64,000 nt of DNA from Chthoniobacterales bacterium (GTDB taxonomy: Bacteria > Verrucomicrobiota > Verrucomicrobiia > Chthoniobacterales > Chthoniobacteraceae): positions 32,001-96,000 of the forward strand of contig JBBQZX010000021.1 in assembly GCA_038207335.1 (NCBI GenBank), given 5' to 3'. Of the stretch, positions 1-9,954 are shown piece by piece. Position 1 is the first letter of the stretch; every line of letters starts with the position of its first letter. The position numbers were made by a program, and so were the translations under genes. The notes under the pieces are model-generated. The model saw nothing but the letters and a program-made list of their open reading frames with translations. It was not told the origin of the DNA and did not search any database.

Positions 1-1669
1 CTTTCTCACGGGCGTCGATCAGCACGGCCAAAAGGTGCAGCAGTCGGCGGAGAAAATGGGCGTCGCGCCGCAGCAATTCGTCGATGACGTGACCGCGAAA
101 TTTCGCGCGCTCTGGGACAAGCTGAACGTCCGCTACGACGGCTGGGCCGCAACCACCGACACGCTTCACAAAGAGTGCGTGCGCGCTAATTTGCAGAAAC
201 TCTGGGACGACAAGGACCCCGCGACCGGCGAGAGCCGCTGGATTTACAAGAAGACGCAGCGCGGCTTTTATAGCGTGCGGCAGGAGCAGTTTCTCACCGA
301 CAAGGAGCGTGGTGCCGACGGGCAGTTTGGCCCGGAGTGGGGCGTCGTCGAGGAGCGCGATGAGGAAAATTTCTACTTCCGCCTCACCGCGCATCCATCG
401 CTTCCGCTCGACCCCGCCACCGGCCAACCTCTCGACCCTCGGCAGTGGCTCCTCAGCTTCATCAAAAAGCGCAGCGACGACGGGCGACCGTTCGTCATCC
501 CCGATTTCCGCGTCTCGGAGCTGGAGAATGCCGTCGAGAAGCTCGAGGGCGACCTGTGCATCTCGCGGCCCGCCGCGCGACTTCAGTGGGGCATCCCCTT
601 CCCCGAGAGCTTCGGCGCGGGGTTCGTTACATATGTCTGGTTCGACGCGCTGGTGAATTACATCAGCTTCGTCCCCGGCCACGACCCGAGCTACGGCGAG
701 CGCACCGCCGTGGAGCGCCCGCCCGGCACCCTCGGCTTTGCCGACTGGTGGCCCGCGCTCCACGTCATCGGAAAGGACATCATGATCCCCGCGCACGGCG
801 TCTATTGGCCGATCATGTTGAAAGCGCTCGGCTTTGCGGATGCCGAAATGCCCACGCTGCTCGTCCACGGCTGGTGGAACATCTCCGGCGCAAAGATGAG
901 CAAGAGCCTCGGCAACGTCATCGACCCCGACGCCCTCGCCGACAAATACGGCCCCGAAGCGCTCCGCTACTACCTGATGAGCGACATCGCGACGGGCAAA
1001 GACGCCGACTTCGACGAAGAGCGCCTCGTCATCCGCTACAACAGCGACCTCGCCAACAGCCTCGGCAACCTCCTCAACCGCACGCTGAGCATGGCGGCAA
1101 AGTATCGAGAGGGGCGAACCGCCTCGATCGACCACTCTACTCTTTTCGGCTCGCTTGAAGGGCCTCACCTCTTTCTTGAAAAATTCGACATCCGCAATGT
1201 TGACGATGAAACAATGCAGTCCGCCATTCGGCTTTGGATGGTTCGAGACGTTCCAAGGAAATGGAGCGAGTTGTACGGTGAATCATTCGAGCGTTTCGAG
1301 GTATCGTCCGCGTTGGAGCGAGCTTTCGACCTGGCGGCACAACTCAATCAGCTCATCCAAACCACAAGTCCGTGGAAGCTGGCCAAAGACCCCACCCGCG
1401 CTACAGATCTCGACGCCGTCCTTTACACTCTCGCCGAGTCCCTGCGCATCATCGCCATCTTAATTTCTCCGGTGTTGCCGCAGGCGGCGCATGGGATTTT
1501 CGATCAGTTGCGGTGGAAGATCGTGGAGGGTGGGCCGGAGGCTTGGAAAGATGTGAACAATCGGCGCTTTCTCCTCGCGGATGCCGTCTGGTGCGGGCTG
1601 CCGGATGGGCACTTGCTCGGAAAACCCGTCCCCCTTTTCCCGCGGATCGAGGCTGCGGCGGAGAAATAA
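1..1669 (+). CDS. metG: Methionine--tRNA ligase (5' end lies outside the window)
   Basis: FLTGVDQHGQKV at the window start, YVWFDALVNYIS, IGKDI, KMSKS, anticodon-domain LANSLGNLLNR and PWKLAK; no CxxC zinc knuckle; several insertions. Confidence 0.97.
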   Translation, partial: FLTGVDQHGQKVQQSAEKMGVAPQQFVDDVTAKFRALWDKLNVRYDGWAATTDTLHKECVRANLQKLWDDKDPATGESRWIYKKTQRGFYSVRQEQFLTDKERGADGQFGPEWGVVEERDEENFYFRLTAHPSLPLDPATGQPLDPRQWLLSFIKKRSDDGRPFVIPDFRVSELENAVEKLEGDLCISRPAARLQWGIPFPESFGAGFVTYVWFDALVNYISFVPGHDPSYGERTAVERPPGTLGFADWWPALHVIGKDIMIPAHGVYWPIMLKALGFADAEMPTLLVHGWWNISGAKMSKSLGNVIDPDALADKYGPEALRYYLMSDIATGKDADFDEERLVIRYNSDLANSLGNLLNRTLSMAAKYREGRTASIDHSTLFGSLEGPHLFLEKFDIRNVDDETMQSAIRLWMVRDVPRKWSELYGESFERFEVSSALERAFDLAAQLNQLIQTTSPWKLAKDPTRATDLDAVLYTLAESLRIIAILISPVLPQAAHGIFDQLRWKIVEGGPEAWKDVNNRRFLLADAVWCGLPDGHLLGKPVPLFPRIEAAAEK

Positions 1670-1795
1670 GAGCTTCACCGCGAAGGCGCGGAGACGCGAA
1701 GCAGGGAACAGGAATTTCTATCGCCTCGGCTTCGTGGGAAACGACTGAGCGGTGAAATCGTCATACGACTTCGACTGCCCTGAGACGGAGAGAAC

Positions 1796-3523
1796 TCAGC
1801 GGCGCGTGTACACTTCGTACCAATCCATGTAGGTGCCTTGGTAGTCGTAGTGATTCTGAATCCAAGTCTTTGTGCGGGTGGCCCAGACGCTGAAGCGGGA
1901 GGCTTCGGTGCCGTTGATGTCCCAGTCGCTGAGGATGATCACCGTCGGCTGGAACTGCTTCATCCGCGCGATCGCTTCGGCGTCCCAGTTTGCGGTACGC
2001 GTGGCGTTGTCGATGTACACGTCCTTCTCGTAGGTCGGGCGATCGGTGAGCAAATTGAACGCCGGATGATAGGGATAAGCGACGAGGTAGTCGCCGGGTT
2101 GTGAATGCTCGCGAACCAGCCTCTGCACTTGATTCAGCCCGTTGAACTCCTTCGTGTTCAGGAACACATCAACGCCGTTTTCGCCGTGGAAACGTTTGTT
2201 GCGATTCTTGCGCGCGGCGATCGTGCCGGTCCAGCGGTCGGGCAGCATTCGGTCGAGGTAGAGCGTCGCGTGGAGGGTGAGGACGATGAGCGCGAGATAG
2301 GTCCAGACGCGGCGAAAATCGAGCGCGCCGAGCAGCAGGACGGCGGTGAATGCGCCGGTCCAGTAGCCGGGTGAAAACTCGGAAAGATGCGGCGGGTCGG
2401 GACGGAAAAAGAAGAACTGCGGGAACGCGGTGAGCGCGCCGCCGAGCATGAGCAGCGCGGCGAGCGGACGGCGCGTGGCGTCGGGTTCGCGTGAAAATGT
2501 GGAGCGCGCGAGCGCGACCAGCGCCCACAGGACAAGCGGTGCGAGAATGAGGGATGGGATGAAAGTGAGCGCGACGAATTCGCGATGCTCCGCATCTTTT
2601 GCATCGACGAAATCGCGCCAAGCTGAGCGGTCGAGGAGGCCGCCGTTGGCGGGCGCGGCGGCGGCTGGCTTGTCGGTTTTCGGCGCGGGTTTGTCAGGGA
2701 GGCGCGCGACGGTTTGTTTAGCACCGCGATGGAGCGATGAGGTGAGCGAATGAACCCACGAAGCGTACTGCGCGAGGAATTCATGATCGAATCCGCGGCG
2801 CTTCGCGTCCGCATAAACCGGCGCGTGAATCAGCAAGACTGAGCCGGCGACGATCGCGACTCCGGCAAGCGCTGTGGCCGATCGCCGGGCGATCGGCAGT
2901 GCGCGGTCGAGCAGCCGCAGGAGATGGAATCCGAGCCACAGAGCGGTGAAGAAAATGCCGAGATCGATGCGGATGAGGAACGTGAGGCCGAGCACGATTC
3001 CGCCGGCGAATGATTTCCAAAACGACTCGCGCGAGCCGGGCGGCGCGAGCGCGCCGTGGAGCAGGCAGAAACTGTTCGCGACGGCGAGCAGCGGCATGTA
3101 GTTCTTGAAAGTCATGCCCGGCACGAGCAGCGGGAGTAGCGCGACGAGGAACGCGAGCCACGGTTTGCGGCTTACTTTTTCCACCGCCAAGAACGCGAGC
3201 GTGGCGGTGAGGGTGGAGAGGACGAAGCAGTAGGCGCGGAGCAGGACGAAGCTGACGCCGAAGATTTTGAAGAGCGCGACGACGGGGTAAAACCAGAGGA
3301 CGTTGTAGCCCAGCGAGACGTCGAGGAAGGGGCGCTGGCCTTCGAGGAGGCGCTTCGCATCGAGCGCGACGGTGCCGCCTTCGTCGCGGAAATTGATGCC
3401 GTGGCGGTAGTAGCTGCCGTAGTAGCAGAGCGCGATGGCGAGGAGCAAAAGCAGCCACGGCAGCCGCGTGCGTGCGACGGCCTGGCATCTGCGAAGGGCC
3501 GCTGTTGCTTGATCGCGAGTCAC
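1796..3523 (-). CDS. Polytopic membrane protein, GT-C/ArnT-like glycosyltransferase
   Basis: N-terminal TM followed by a DEG motif, many hydrophobic helices and a soluble C-terminal domain; GTG start overlaps the rfbA stop (GTGA). Confidence 0.6.
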   Translation of the reverse strand: MTRDQATAALRRCQAVARTRLPWLLLLLAIALCYYGSYYRHGINFRDEGGTVALDAKRLLEGQRPFLDVSLGYNVLWFYPVVALFKIFGVSFVLLRAYCFVLSTLTATLAFLAVEKVSRKPWLAFLVALLPLLVPGMTFKNYMPLLAVANSFCLLHGALAPPGSRESFWKSFAGGIVLGLTFLIRIDLGIFFTALWLGFHLLRLLDRALPIARRSATALAGVAIVAGSVLLIHAPVYADAKRRGFDHEFLAQYASWVHSLTSSLHRGAKQTVARLPDKPAPKTDKPAAAAPANGGLLDRSAWRDFVDAKDAEHREFVALTFIPSLILAPLVLWALVALARSTFSREPDATRRPLAALLMLGGALTAFPQFFFFRPDPPHLSEFSPGYWTGAFTAVLLLGALDFRRVWTYLALIVLTLHATLYLDRMLPDRWTGTIAARKNRNKRFHGENGVDVFLNTKEFNGLNQVQRLVREHSQPGDYLVAYPYHPAFNLLTDRPTYEKDVYIDNATRTANWDAEAIARMKQFQPTVIILSDWDINGTEASRFSVWATRTKTWIQNHYDYQGTYMDWYEVYTRR

Positions 3524-4410
3524 TGCGAGCCGGGTCCCGCGGGCGTTTCGTCGCAGACCATTTGGACGTATTCGCGGTATTCGGTCTTCGGCAAATCGGC
3601 GATGGCGCATTGCAATCCGGCGCGGTCGATGAAGCCCTGATTGAACGCGATTTCCTCGATGCACGCAATTTTCAACCCCTGCCGGTTTTCGATCGCGGCG
3701 ATGTAGTTGCTCGCCTCGAGCAGGCTCATTTGCGTGCCGGTGTCGAGCCACGCCATGCCGCGCCCGAGAAGGCGGACGTTGAGTTCGCCGCGCCGCAGAT
3801 ATTCGAGATTCACGTCGGTGATTTCGAGTTCGCCGCGCGGGCTCGGGGCGAGGTTGCGGCAGATTTCCACGACCTCGCGGTCATAGACGTAGAGCCCCGG
3901 GACTGCGAACTGGCTTTTCGGTTTCGCGGGCTTTTCCTCCAAGCTGACGGCTTTGCCCGACGCATCGAATTCGACGACGCCGTAGCGCTCGGGGTCGCTG
4001 ACCCGATATCCGAAAATGCACGCGCCCTTTCCCAGCGCAAGCGCCTCGCGGAGGAAGTCGAGTTTCCCATAGAAAATGTTGTCGCCGAGGATGAGCGCAA
4101 CGGGATCGCCGGAGATGAATTTTTCGCCGATCAAAAATGCTTGCGCGATGCCGGCGGGCTTCTCTTGCTCGGCATACTCGAAACGCATGCCGAGGCGCGC
4201 GCCGTCGCCGAGGAGATCACGGAATTGTGGGATGTCTTTCGGCGTCGAGATGATGAGGACCTCGCGGATGCCGCCGAGCATGAGCGTGGCAAGCGGGTAG
4301 TAGATCATCGGCTTGTCGTAAACCGGGAGGAGCTGCTTGCACGCGATGCGGGTGAGCGGGTAGAGGCGGGAGCCGGCGCCGCCGGCGAGGATGATGGCCT
4401 TGGTGGTCAT
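3520..4410 (-). CDS. rfbA: Glucose-1-phosphate thymidylyltransferase
   Basis: KAIILAGGAGSRLYPLT, KQLLPVYDKPMIYYPL, LILGDNIF, RGELEITD, WLDTGT. Confidence 0.97.
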   Translation of the reverse strand: MTTKAIILAGGAGSRLYPLTRIACKQLLPVYDKPMIYYPLATLMLGGIREVLIISTPKDIPQFRDLLGDGARLGMRFEYAEQEKPAGIAQAFLIGEKFISGDPVALILGDNIFYGKLDFLREALALGKGACIFGYRVSDPERYGVVEFDASGKAVSLEEKPAKPKSQFAVPGLYVYDREVVEICRNLAPSPRGELEITDVNLEYLRRGELNVRLLGRGMAWLDTGTQMSLLEASNYIAAIENRQGLKIACIEEIAFNQGFIDRAGLQCAIADLPKTEYREYVQMVCDETPAGPGSQ

Positions 4411-4441
4411 GGGTGAAAGGGTGTTCGGCGCTCCGGCCGTT

Positions 4442-6289
4442 TCATTTTGAAGATGCGCCCCATTTTTCCAGATGGGCGAGCCACTCTGGCTCGATGGTGC
4501 GGCCGTGTTTGTGTCGGATGATGGCTTGGGAGCGCGTGTCGAGTTCGGGGAAGGCATCGCCGAGGATGCGGATGCCGGTGCAGTCGGCGGCGAGTTTTAT
4601 TGCGACGGACTCGGGAAGGTGCGGGCTCTTTTCCTCGAGCGTGACGCTGAGAGTGACGCCGGTGAGTTTGCGCAGCATCCAGCCGCAGAGGAGCTCGCGC
4701 GACGACATTGCGTGGAGGTGGCGGATGGCGTCGCGCGCGATCCAGCGGCGGAGGAAGAGGGCGTATCGCGCGGCTTGCAGAAATGTCTCGGTGGAGAGTT
4801 TCTGGCCGAGTTCGACGCGCCAGGTTTCGATCTGGCGGGCGAGTTCGCGCTCTTGCAGCCACTCGCCTTCGAGCACCATCGCGTCGGGAAGAAAATCGAG
4901 GTGCGGGCGAGTCTGCGCGACGGATTCGGGCGGCGTAAGTGAGGTGGCGTGCGCGGCGTAAATTTGGAGCGCGGGCTGCGCTTGGATGATCTGGCGCAGC
5001 TCGGATTCGATCCGTTCGCCAGCGGGCCATTCGTGCAGGACACAGGCGAAACCGGCGGCAGCGCTTCGCGGCGCGGCGCTCGGTTTCACGAATTTCTCGA
5101 AGAGCGCCTTGAGCGGCAGGACGGTGCGATCGACGGCGAATTCCGTCTCGATGCGGAGCCGCGCGGCGTCTCCGAATTGGCGGCGCAACTCGGCGGACTG
5201 GACGAGTTTTGCGAGGGCATCGGCGAGCGCGCGCTCGTCGCCGGGCGCGACGAGGAGACCGGTGCGGCCGTCGTCAATTTGCTCCGGGACGCCGGCGATG
5301 CGCGTGGAGACGACGGGCTTCGCGGAGGCCATTGCCTCGAGGATGACGGTTGGAAAGACGTCGCTGGCGCCGTTGCGATCGGCGATGCAGGCGAGGGTGA
5401 AAATGTCGCAGCCGCGGAGCTTCGCGAAGACCTCCTCCTGCGGCAGCGAGCCGAGAAGGCGCACGCGATCGGCAACGCCGGATTTTTCGATCAACGACTG
5501 GAGATCCTGTCTCCACGGGCCTTCGCCGACGATTTCACACTCGAAAGCGAGGCAGCGCTTTTTCAAATCCGCGCACGCGGCGATGAGGTGGTGGAAGCCC
5601 TTAAACTCGATCAGCCGACCGGTGCTGACGATGCGCGGCACGGGGTTATTCGACTCGGGGATGGGGCCGCGAAAATTGGCGAGGTCCATGCCGTTGAAGA
5701 CGCGCAGCATTTTCGGCACGGAATCCGGGCAGCGCTCACTGACGAGCTTTTTGCTGAACTCGGTTTCGTTAGCGATGAACTCGGCGTCGCGGCAAATCGC
5801 GCGGAGCAAATCGTCGCTGCCGAGATCGACCATGAAGTCCTGTCCGTGAGTCGAGATGCTGAACGGGATGCCGCTGAGCGCCTTGATGAACATGGCGGTG
5901 TGCGCGGCGCGATTGGCGAAATGAACGTGGAAATGTGTGATGCCGCGCGCGGTGAAAAGGTCAGCAAAGTAGAGGGCGTTTCGGGCGCGGAGAGCGGATT
6001 TATATTCTCCCCCGAAACGCCGGTCGTGCTCAGCGATGAGGTCGGCGGGCCAGCGTCCGTTCCGCTTGGCAGCTTGTTCACCGAGCTTCAGCACCTGCGC
6101 GGGCGGGGCGTAGTGGAGCGGCGCTTTGATCAGCGCGGCGTGGCCGTGGCGGAAGGAAGTGGGCGGCGGATAAATCGAGTAGAGCTCGAGCTCCACGCCG
6201 AGCTTTTCGAGCGCGAGAATCTCGGTGTCGCAAAAAGTCTGCGACACGACCGGGTATCGTGAAAAAAGGTAGGCGAGCCGCAGTAGCAT
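4442..6289 (-). CDS. Glycosyltransferase family 4 (WcaL-like) with extra C-terminal domain
   Basis: SQTF..EI, HFHVHFA, GRLIEFKG, PTVILEAMASAKPVVSTRIAGVPE. Confidence 0.9.
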   Translation of the reverse strand: MLLRLAYLFSRYPVVSQTFCDTEILALEKLGVELELYSIYPPPTSFRHGHAALIKAPLHYAPPAQVLKLGEQAAKRNGRWPADLIAEHDRRFGGEYKSALRARNALYFADLFTARGITHFHVHFANRAAHTAMFIKALSGIPFSISTHGQDFMVDLGSDDLLRAICRDAEFIANETEFSKKLVSERCPDSVPKMLRVFNGMDLANFRGPIPESNNPVPRIVSTGRLIEFKGFHHLIAACADLKKRCLAFECEIVGEGPWRQDLQSLIEKSGVADRVRLLGSLPQEEVFAKLRGCDIFTLACIADRNGASDVFPTVILEAMASAKPVVSTRIAGVPEQIDDGRTGLLVAPGDERALADALAKLVQSAELRRQFGDAARLRIETEFAVDRTVLPLKALFEKFVKPSAAPRSAAAGFACVLHEWPAGERIESELRQIIQAQPALQIYAAHATSLTPPESVAQTRPHLDFLPDAMVLEGEWLQERELARQIETWRVELGQKLSTETFLQAARYALFLRRWIARDAIRHLHAMSSRELLCGWMLRKLTGVTLSVTLEEKSPHLPESVAIKLAADCTGIRILGDAFPELDTRSQAIIRHKHGRTIEPEWLAHLEKWGASSK

Positions 6290-6417
6290 CGAAGGATTTG
6301 TAGCGATGAGTGTCCACGAATGGCGGAAGATGTGGGCAGCGACAAATCTGAAATTGCGCACGGTGCGACCCTTCGTGATGGGCACGGGGGCCCGGATGAG
6401 TGAGATTTTACCTGCAA

Positions 6418-6885
6418 ATGGAAACGACCACCGCTCCCGAAACGCCGACAATTGAAACTGAAATGCAGGTGATGTTTTTCGACACGGATTGCGCCGGGGT
6501 CGTGCACAATATTTCGTATCTGCGCTTCGTGGAAATCGCGCGCACGCTGCTCGCGGAGAAGCTCGGGATGGGCCTCGCGGACATGGCGCGAACGGGGCTT
6601 TATCCGGTCGTGGCGCGAACGGAAATCGACTACAAAAAGCCGGCGATGCTCGGAGACCGGCTGGTGGTGCATGGGCGGCTCGAAAGCGTGGATCGGTCGC
6701 GGTTTTGGTGCGCCTTCGAGGTGCGGAGACCGGCGGATGCGACACTGATCGCGACGTCGCGGCAGATGCTGGCTCTGGTGCAAATGCCGGGGCCTCGGCT
6801 GATGCGGCTGCCGGCGGATTGGGCGACGCGATTCGCGCATCTCGTGCCGGTGCGGCGTCCGGTGCCGGTGGCGGAGAACCGGTGA
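6418..6885 (+). CDS. Acyl-CoA thioesterase (YbgC/4HBT hot-dog family)
   Basis: V.F.DTD.AGVVHN..YL.F.E.AR signature. Confidence 0.9.
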   Translation: METTTAPETPTIETEMQVMFFDTDCAGVVHNISYLRFVEIARTLLAEKLGMGLADMARTGLYPVVARTEIDYKKPAMLGDRLVVHGRLESVDRSRFWCAFEVRRPADATLIATSRQMLALVQMPGPRLMRLPADWATRFAHLVPVRRPVPVAENR

Positions 6886-6992
6886 CTTTTGAGCAGAGCG
6901 GAGCGGTGTTCAAATTATCAATTGCAAAAAGGTGAGTGCCGGTCGTACCGTCAGTCCTTCACCCTCCACGAAATTTTAAGAAGCAACGTGTC

Positions 6993-7256
6993 ATGATCGA
7001 ACTCGAGGTTTACGCCGCTGGTGTCCGCACTCTGGAGAAAATCCTGGAGTTGGATCACGAATTTGAGGCCGTTCCGGGTCTGCGCTACAAAGTCGATAGC
7101 AATCACGACATCGTCTATTTGGAGTTCGAGGAGCCCACGCTGACAGTCCAGGAGATTCGAAATATTTTCCGGCGCTTGTCGCTGGAGCCGCGGATCGTGG
7201 GGCCGACACCGTCGGAGCTCAATCCGAAGAGCAAGACGCAGCCGCTGCGGATCTGA
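6993..7256 (+). CDS. Small conserved hypothetical protein (possibly HMA-like fold, no CxxC)
   Basis: Clean 87-aa ORF with protein-like composition and a beta-alpha-beta-beta-alpha-beta pattern. Confidence 0.65.
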   Translation: MIELEVYAAGVRTLEKILELDHEFEAVPGLRYKVDSNHDIVYLEFEEPTLTVQEIRNIFRRLSLEPRIVGPTPSELNPKSKTQPLRI

Positions 7257-7365
7257 AGGAGGGAGAGGGGAGACGCGGGGGCGGAGCCGAGATCGGTGAT
7301 CTCGAAGGCAACCGCGAAATGAAGGCGGGAATTTCCGAGGTCGAGGAGGAAAAATTCGCATGGCG

Positions 7366-7394
7366 TGGACAAGCGCGGCGGGCGCACCTAGCGT
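7366..7394 (+). promoter_or_regulatory. Putative sigma70 promoter of the mla operon
   Basis: TGGACA-N17-TAGCGT, 13 nt before the ATG at 7408. Confidence 0.45.
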
Positions 7395-7407
7395 CCCGCG
7401 CCTCGCG

Positions 7408-8190
7408 ATGATTGCACTGCTCGGGCGCTCCGCGCTTTCCCTTTTTCAATACCTCGGCGAGGTGACGATGCTTTGCGTCGAGACGTGCATTTCGATCGTC
7501 GTCGCGCCGATTCGGTGGCGGCTTTTTTTGCAGCAAATCGTGGAGGTTGGCTTCCGTTCGCAGCTCGTCGTGATCGTCACAGGCGGGTTCACGGGCGCGG
7601 TTTTCGCGGCCCAGACTTATTTCCAATTTCATCGCATCGGGATGGAGTCGGCGGTCGGTGCGGTGGTTGCGGTGTCGATGTTTCGCGAACTCGGGCCGGT
7701 GCTCACGGGGCTCATGGTCGCGGGTCGAGTCGGCGCAGCGATCGCGGCGGAAATCGGGACGATGAAGGTGACCGAGCAGATTGATGCATTGCGCGCGCTC
7801 GCTGTGCATCCGATTGATTATCTCGTTGTGCCGCGTGTGCTGGCGCTTGTCGTCTCGATGCCGATCCTCGTGGCGGAATGTTGCGGTCTCGGAACGGTCG
7901 CGGGGTATCTCGTGGGGACGAAAGTGCTCGGAATTTCCGAGGCGTATTATCTCGACGCGATGATCCGGTTCACTGGGATGCGCGATATCAAAATGGCCCT
8001 GACGAAGGGGTTCTTTTTCGGCGTGCTCGTCGTCTTCATCAGTTGCCATCAGGGTTTGAACGCGAAAGAGGGCGCAGTCGGAGTCGGTCGCGCGCCAACG
8101 GAGGCGGTTGTGATCGGCTCGCTTGCGATTCTCGTCGTGAACTTCGTGCTCTCGTTTGCTCTGAACATTTTCTACCCCGGTGGCGTGTAG
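7408..8190 (+). CDS. mlaE: MlaE-family ABC permease
   Basis: RELGPVLTGLMVAGRVGAAIAAEIGTMKVTEQIDAL, GAVGVGRA. Confidence 0.93.
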   Translation: MIALLGRSALSLFQYLGEVTMLCVETCISIVVAPIRWRLFLQQIVEVGFRSQLVVIVTGGFTGAVFAAQTYFQFHRIGMESAVGAVVAVSMFRELGPVLTGLMVAGRVGAAIAAEIGTMKVTEQIDALRALAVHPIDYLVVPRVLALVVSMPILVAECCGLGTVAGYLVGTKVLGISEAYYLDAMIRFTGMRDIKMALTKGFFFGVLVVFISCHQGLNAKEGAVGVGRAPTEAVVIGSLAILVVNFVLSFALNIFYPGGV

Positions 8191-8208
8191 CCCGCGCTTT
8201 TTTCCGCC

Positions 8209-8946
8209 GTGATCACGATTCGCAATTTACACAAAACGCTCGGCAAACAGGAGGTGCTGCGCGGGATCGATCTGGAGGTTCGAAAAGGAGAAACGTGCGT
8301 CGTGATCGGGCGCTCCGGCGGCGGGAAAAGCGTGCTCTTGAAACACTTCGTCGGGCTGCTGCAGCCGACGAGCGGCGAGGTGCTCGTGGATGGGTCGGAC
8401 ATCGCAGGTCTGCCCGAGCGGAAGCTCGGTGCGATCCGCAGGAAGGTCGGCATTTTGTTTCAAAGCGGCGCGCTTTTCGACTCGATGAATGTGGAGGAAA
8501 ACATCGCTTTTCCGCTGCGCGAGGCGGGTCTGAAGAACAAAAAGGAAATCGACGAGCGAGTCTCAGAGGCGCTCGAAATGGTGGATCTCGCGGGGGAGCA
8601 AAAGAAAATGCCGGAGAATCTCAGCGGCGGAATGCGCAAACGAGTAGGCCTCGCACGGACGATTGTGAGCCGGCCCGAGTGCATCCTTTTCGATGAACCG
8701 ACGACTGGCCTCGACCCGATCGCGAGCGACTCGATCAATCACCTGATTCGTCGCTTGCAAAAGCGGCTCAGCGTGACTTCCGTGGTCGTCACGCACGACA
8801 TGAAGACCGCCTACCACACTGCCGATCGGATCGCTTATTTGCACGAGGGGCGCATCTATTTTCTCGGGACGAGCGAGGAGCTGCGCGCGTCGGTGGACCC
8901 GGTCATCCGCGACTTTGTCGAAGGCCGCTCGGGAGACACTGCGTAG
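8209..8946 (+). CDS. mlaF: MlaF-family ABC ATPase
   Basis: Walker A GRSGGGKS, LFQSGALFDS, LSGGMRKRVGLAR, DEPTTGLDP. Confidence 0.93.
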   Translation: MITIRNLHKTLGKQEVLRGIDLEVRKGETCVVIGRSGGGKSVLLKHFVGLLQPTSGEVLVDGSDIAGLPERKLGAIRRKVGILFQSGALFDSMNVEENIAFPLREAGLKNKKEIDERVSEALEMVDLAGEQKKMPENLSGGMRKRVGLARTIVSRPECILFDEPTTGLDPIASDSINHLIRRLQKRLSVTSVVVTHDMKTAYHTADRIAYLHEGRIYFLGTSEELRASVDPVIRDFVEGRSGDTA

Positions 8947-8949
8947 CCG

Positions 8950-9906
8950 ATGGCGACCGGGCGCAAGCATGTGGAGGTCTATGTCGGCCTCTTTGTCCTG
9001 ATCGGGTTCTGCTTCATCGCGGCGATGGTCGTGACGTTTGGGAAGATGGGGCAGAAGTTCTCGAAATATTACACGCTCACGGTGGAATTCCCGAACGCGG
9101 GCGGGTTGGTGAAAGACTCCGATGTGCTGCTCTCCGGCACGCGGATCGGATATGTCGCGCAGGTGCCGCGGCTGACCGGGCATTCGTATGCGGCGCTGGC
9201 GACGATCAACATCCGCGACGACGTGAAGATCCCGAAGAAATCGACCTTTCTCGTCGGTAGTTCGGGGCTCATGGGCGACCGGTATGTCGATGTGATTCCC
9301 CAGTCGAACTTCGATCCGGCGGACCTCGCGCAGCCGGGCGATGTGATTCTCGGCACGCGCGCTTCCGGGCTGGATGACGTAACGGCCAAAGGTGCGGTGG
9401 TGATGGATCAGCTCAACGCGGAGCTGCTTTCGATTCAAAAAATCACCGAGCGGCTGAACGAGAATTTGCTCGGCGAGAAGAACCTCAAGAATCTTGAGGA
9501 GACGTTCGCGAACTTGAAGACGACGAGCGCGAATTTCAGCGAGGGCTCGCAAAAGCTGACGCCGCTGCTCGCGGACGCGCAAGGCGTGGTGGAGGGGGCA
9601 AAAGGGACGATGAAAACGGTCGATGGGGCGGCGGGCGATTTGCGCGGGGCGATTGCGGAATTCAAGAAAACAGCGGAGACGGCGACGAAAACGATCGACT
9701 CGGCAAAGGGGCTCGTGGAGTCGGGCAAGGGGCTGCTTAAAAAAGCGGGCGAGGGCCAGGGAGCGCTTGGAACGCTGATGTCCGACCGCGAGACGGCCGA
9801 AAACCTGCGAGCGTTTTTGTTCAACCTGCGCCGCTCGGGGCCGATTTTTTACAAAGATCGGGCCGTGCCGACGCCGGTGCCGAGCGAGAGATCTTCGCGC
9901 CGGTAG
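8950..9906 (+). CDS. mlaD: MlaD/MCE family protein
   Basis: N-terminal TM (VGLFVLIG), MCE domain (GL..DSDV.LSG.RIG.V; GLMGDRYVDV), helical C-terminus. Confidence 0.9.
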   Translation: MATGRKHVEVYVGLFVLIGFCFIAAMVVTFGKMGQKFSKYYTLTVEFPNAGGLVKDSDVLLSGTRIGYVAQVPRLTGHSYAALATINIRDDVKIPKKSTFLVGSSGLMGDRYVDVIPQSNFDPADLAQPGDVILGTRASGLDDVTAKGAVVMDQLNAELLSIQKITERLNENLLGEKNLKNLEETFANLKTTSANFSEGSQKLTPLLADAQGVVEGAKGTMKTVDGAAGDLRGAIAEFKKTAETATKTIDSAKGLVESGKGLLKKAGEGQGALGTLMSDRETAENLRAFLFNLRRSGPIFYKDRAVPTPVPSERSSRR

Positions 9907-9954
9907 CGGATCGCGACGCGCGCGGCAGGCTCCGTGCTTGTGCTTGCAGGTGCC

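Noticed and set aside
1674..1703. caccgcgaaggcgcggagacgcgaag 9-bp periodic motif after metG
   Set aside because: Only about three degenerate units; too weak to call without genome-wide counts
6289..6913. Long N-terminal extensions in the ORF track (GT4 to 6913; also thrS to 34484, DUF2071 to 36368, 17018 start)
   Set aside because: They overlap real genes or promoters; downstream starts fit family N-termini better
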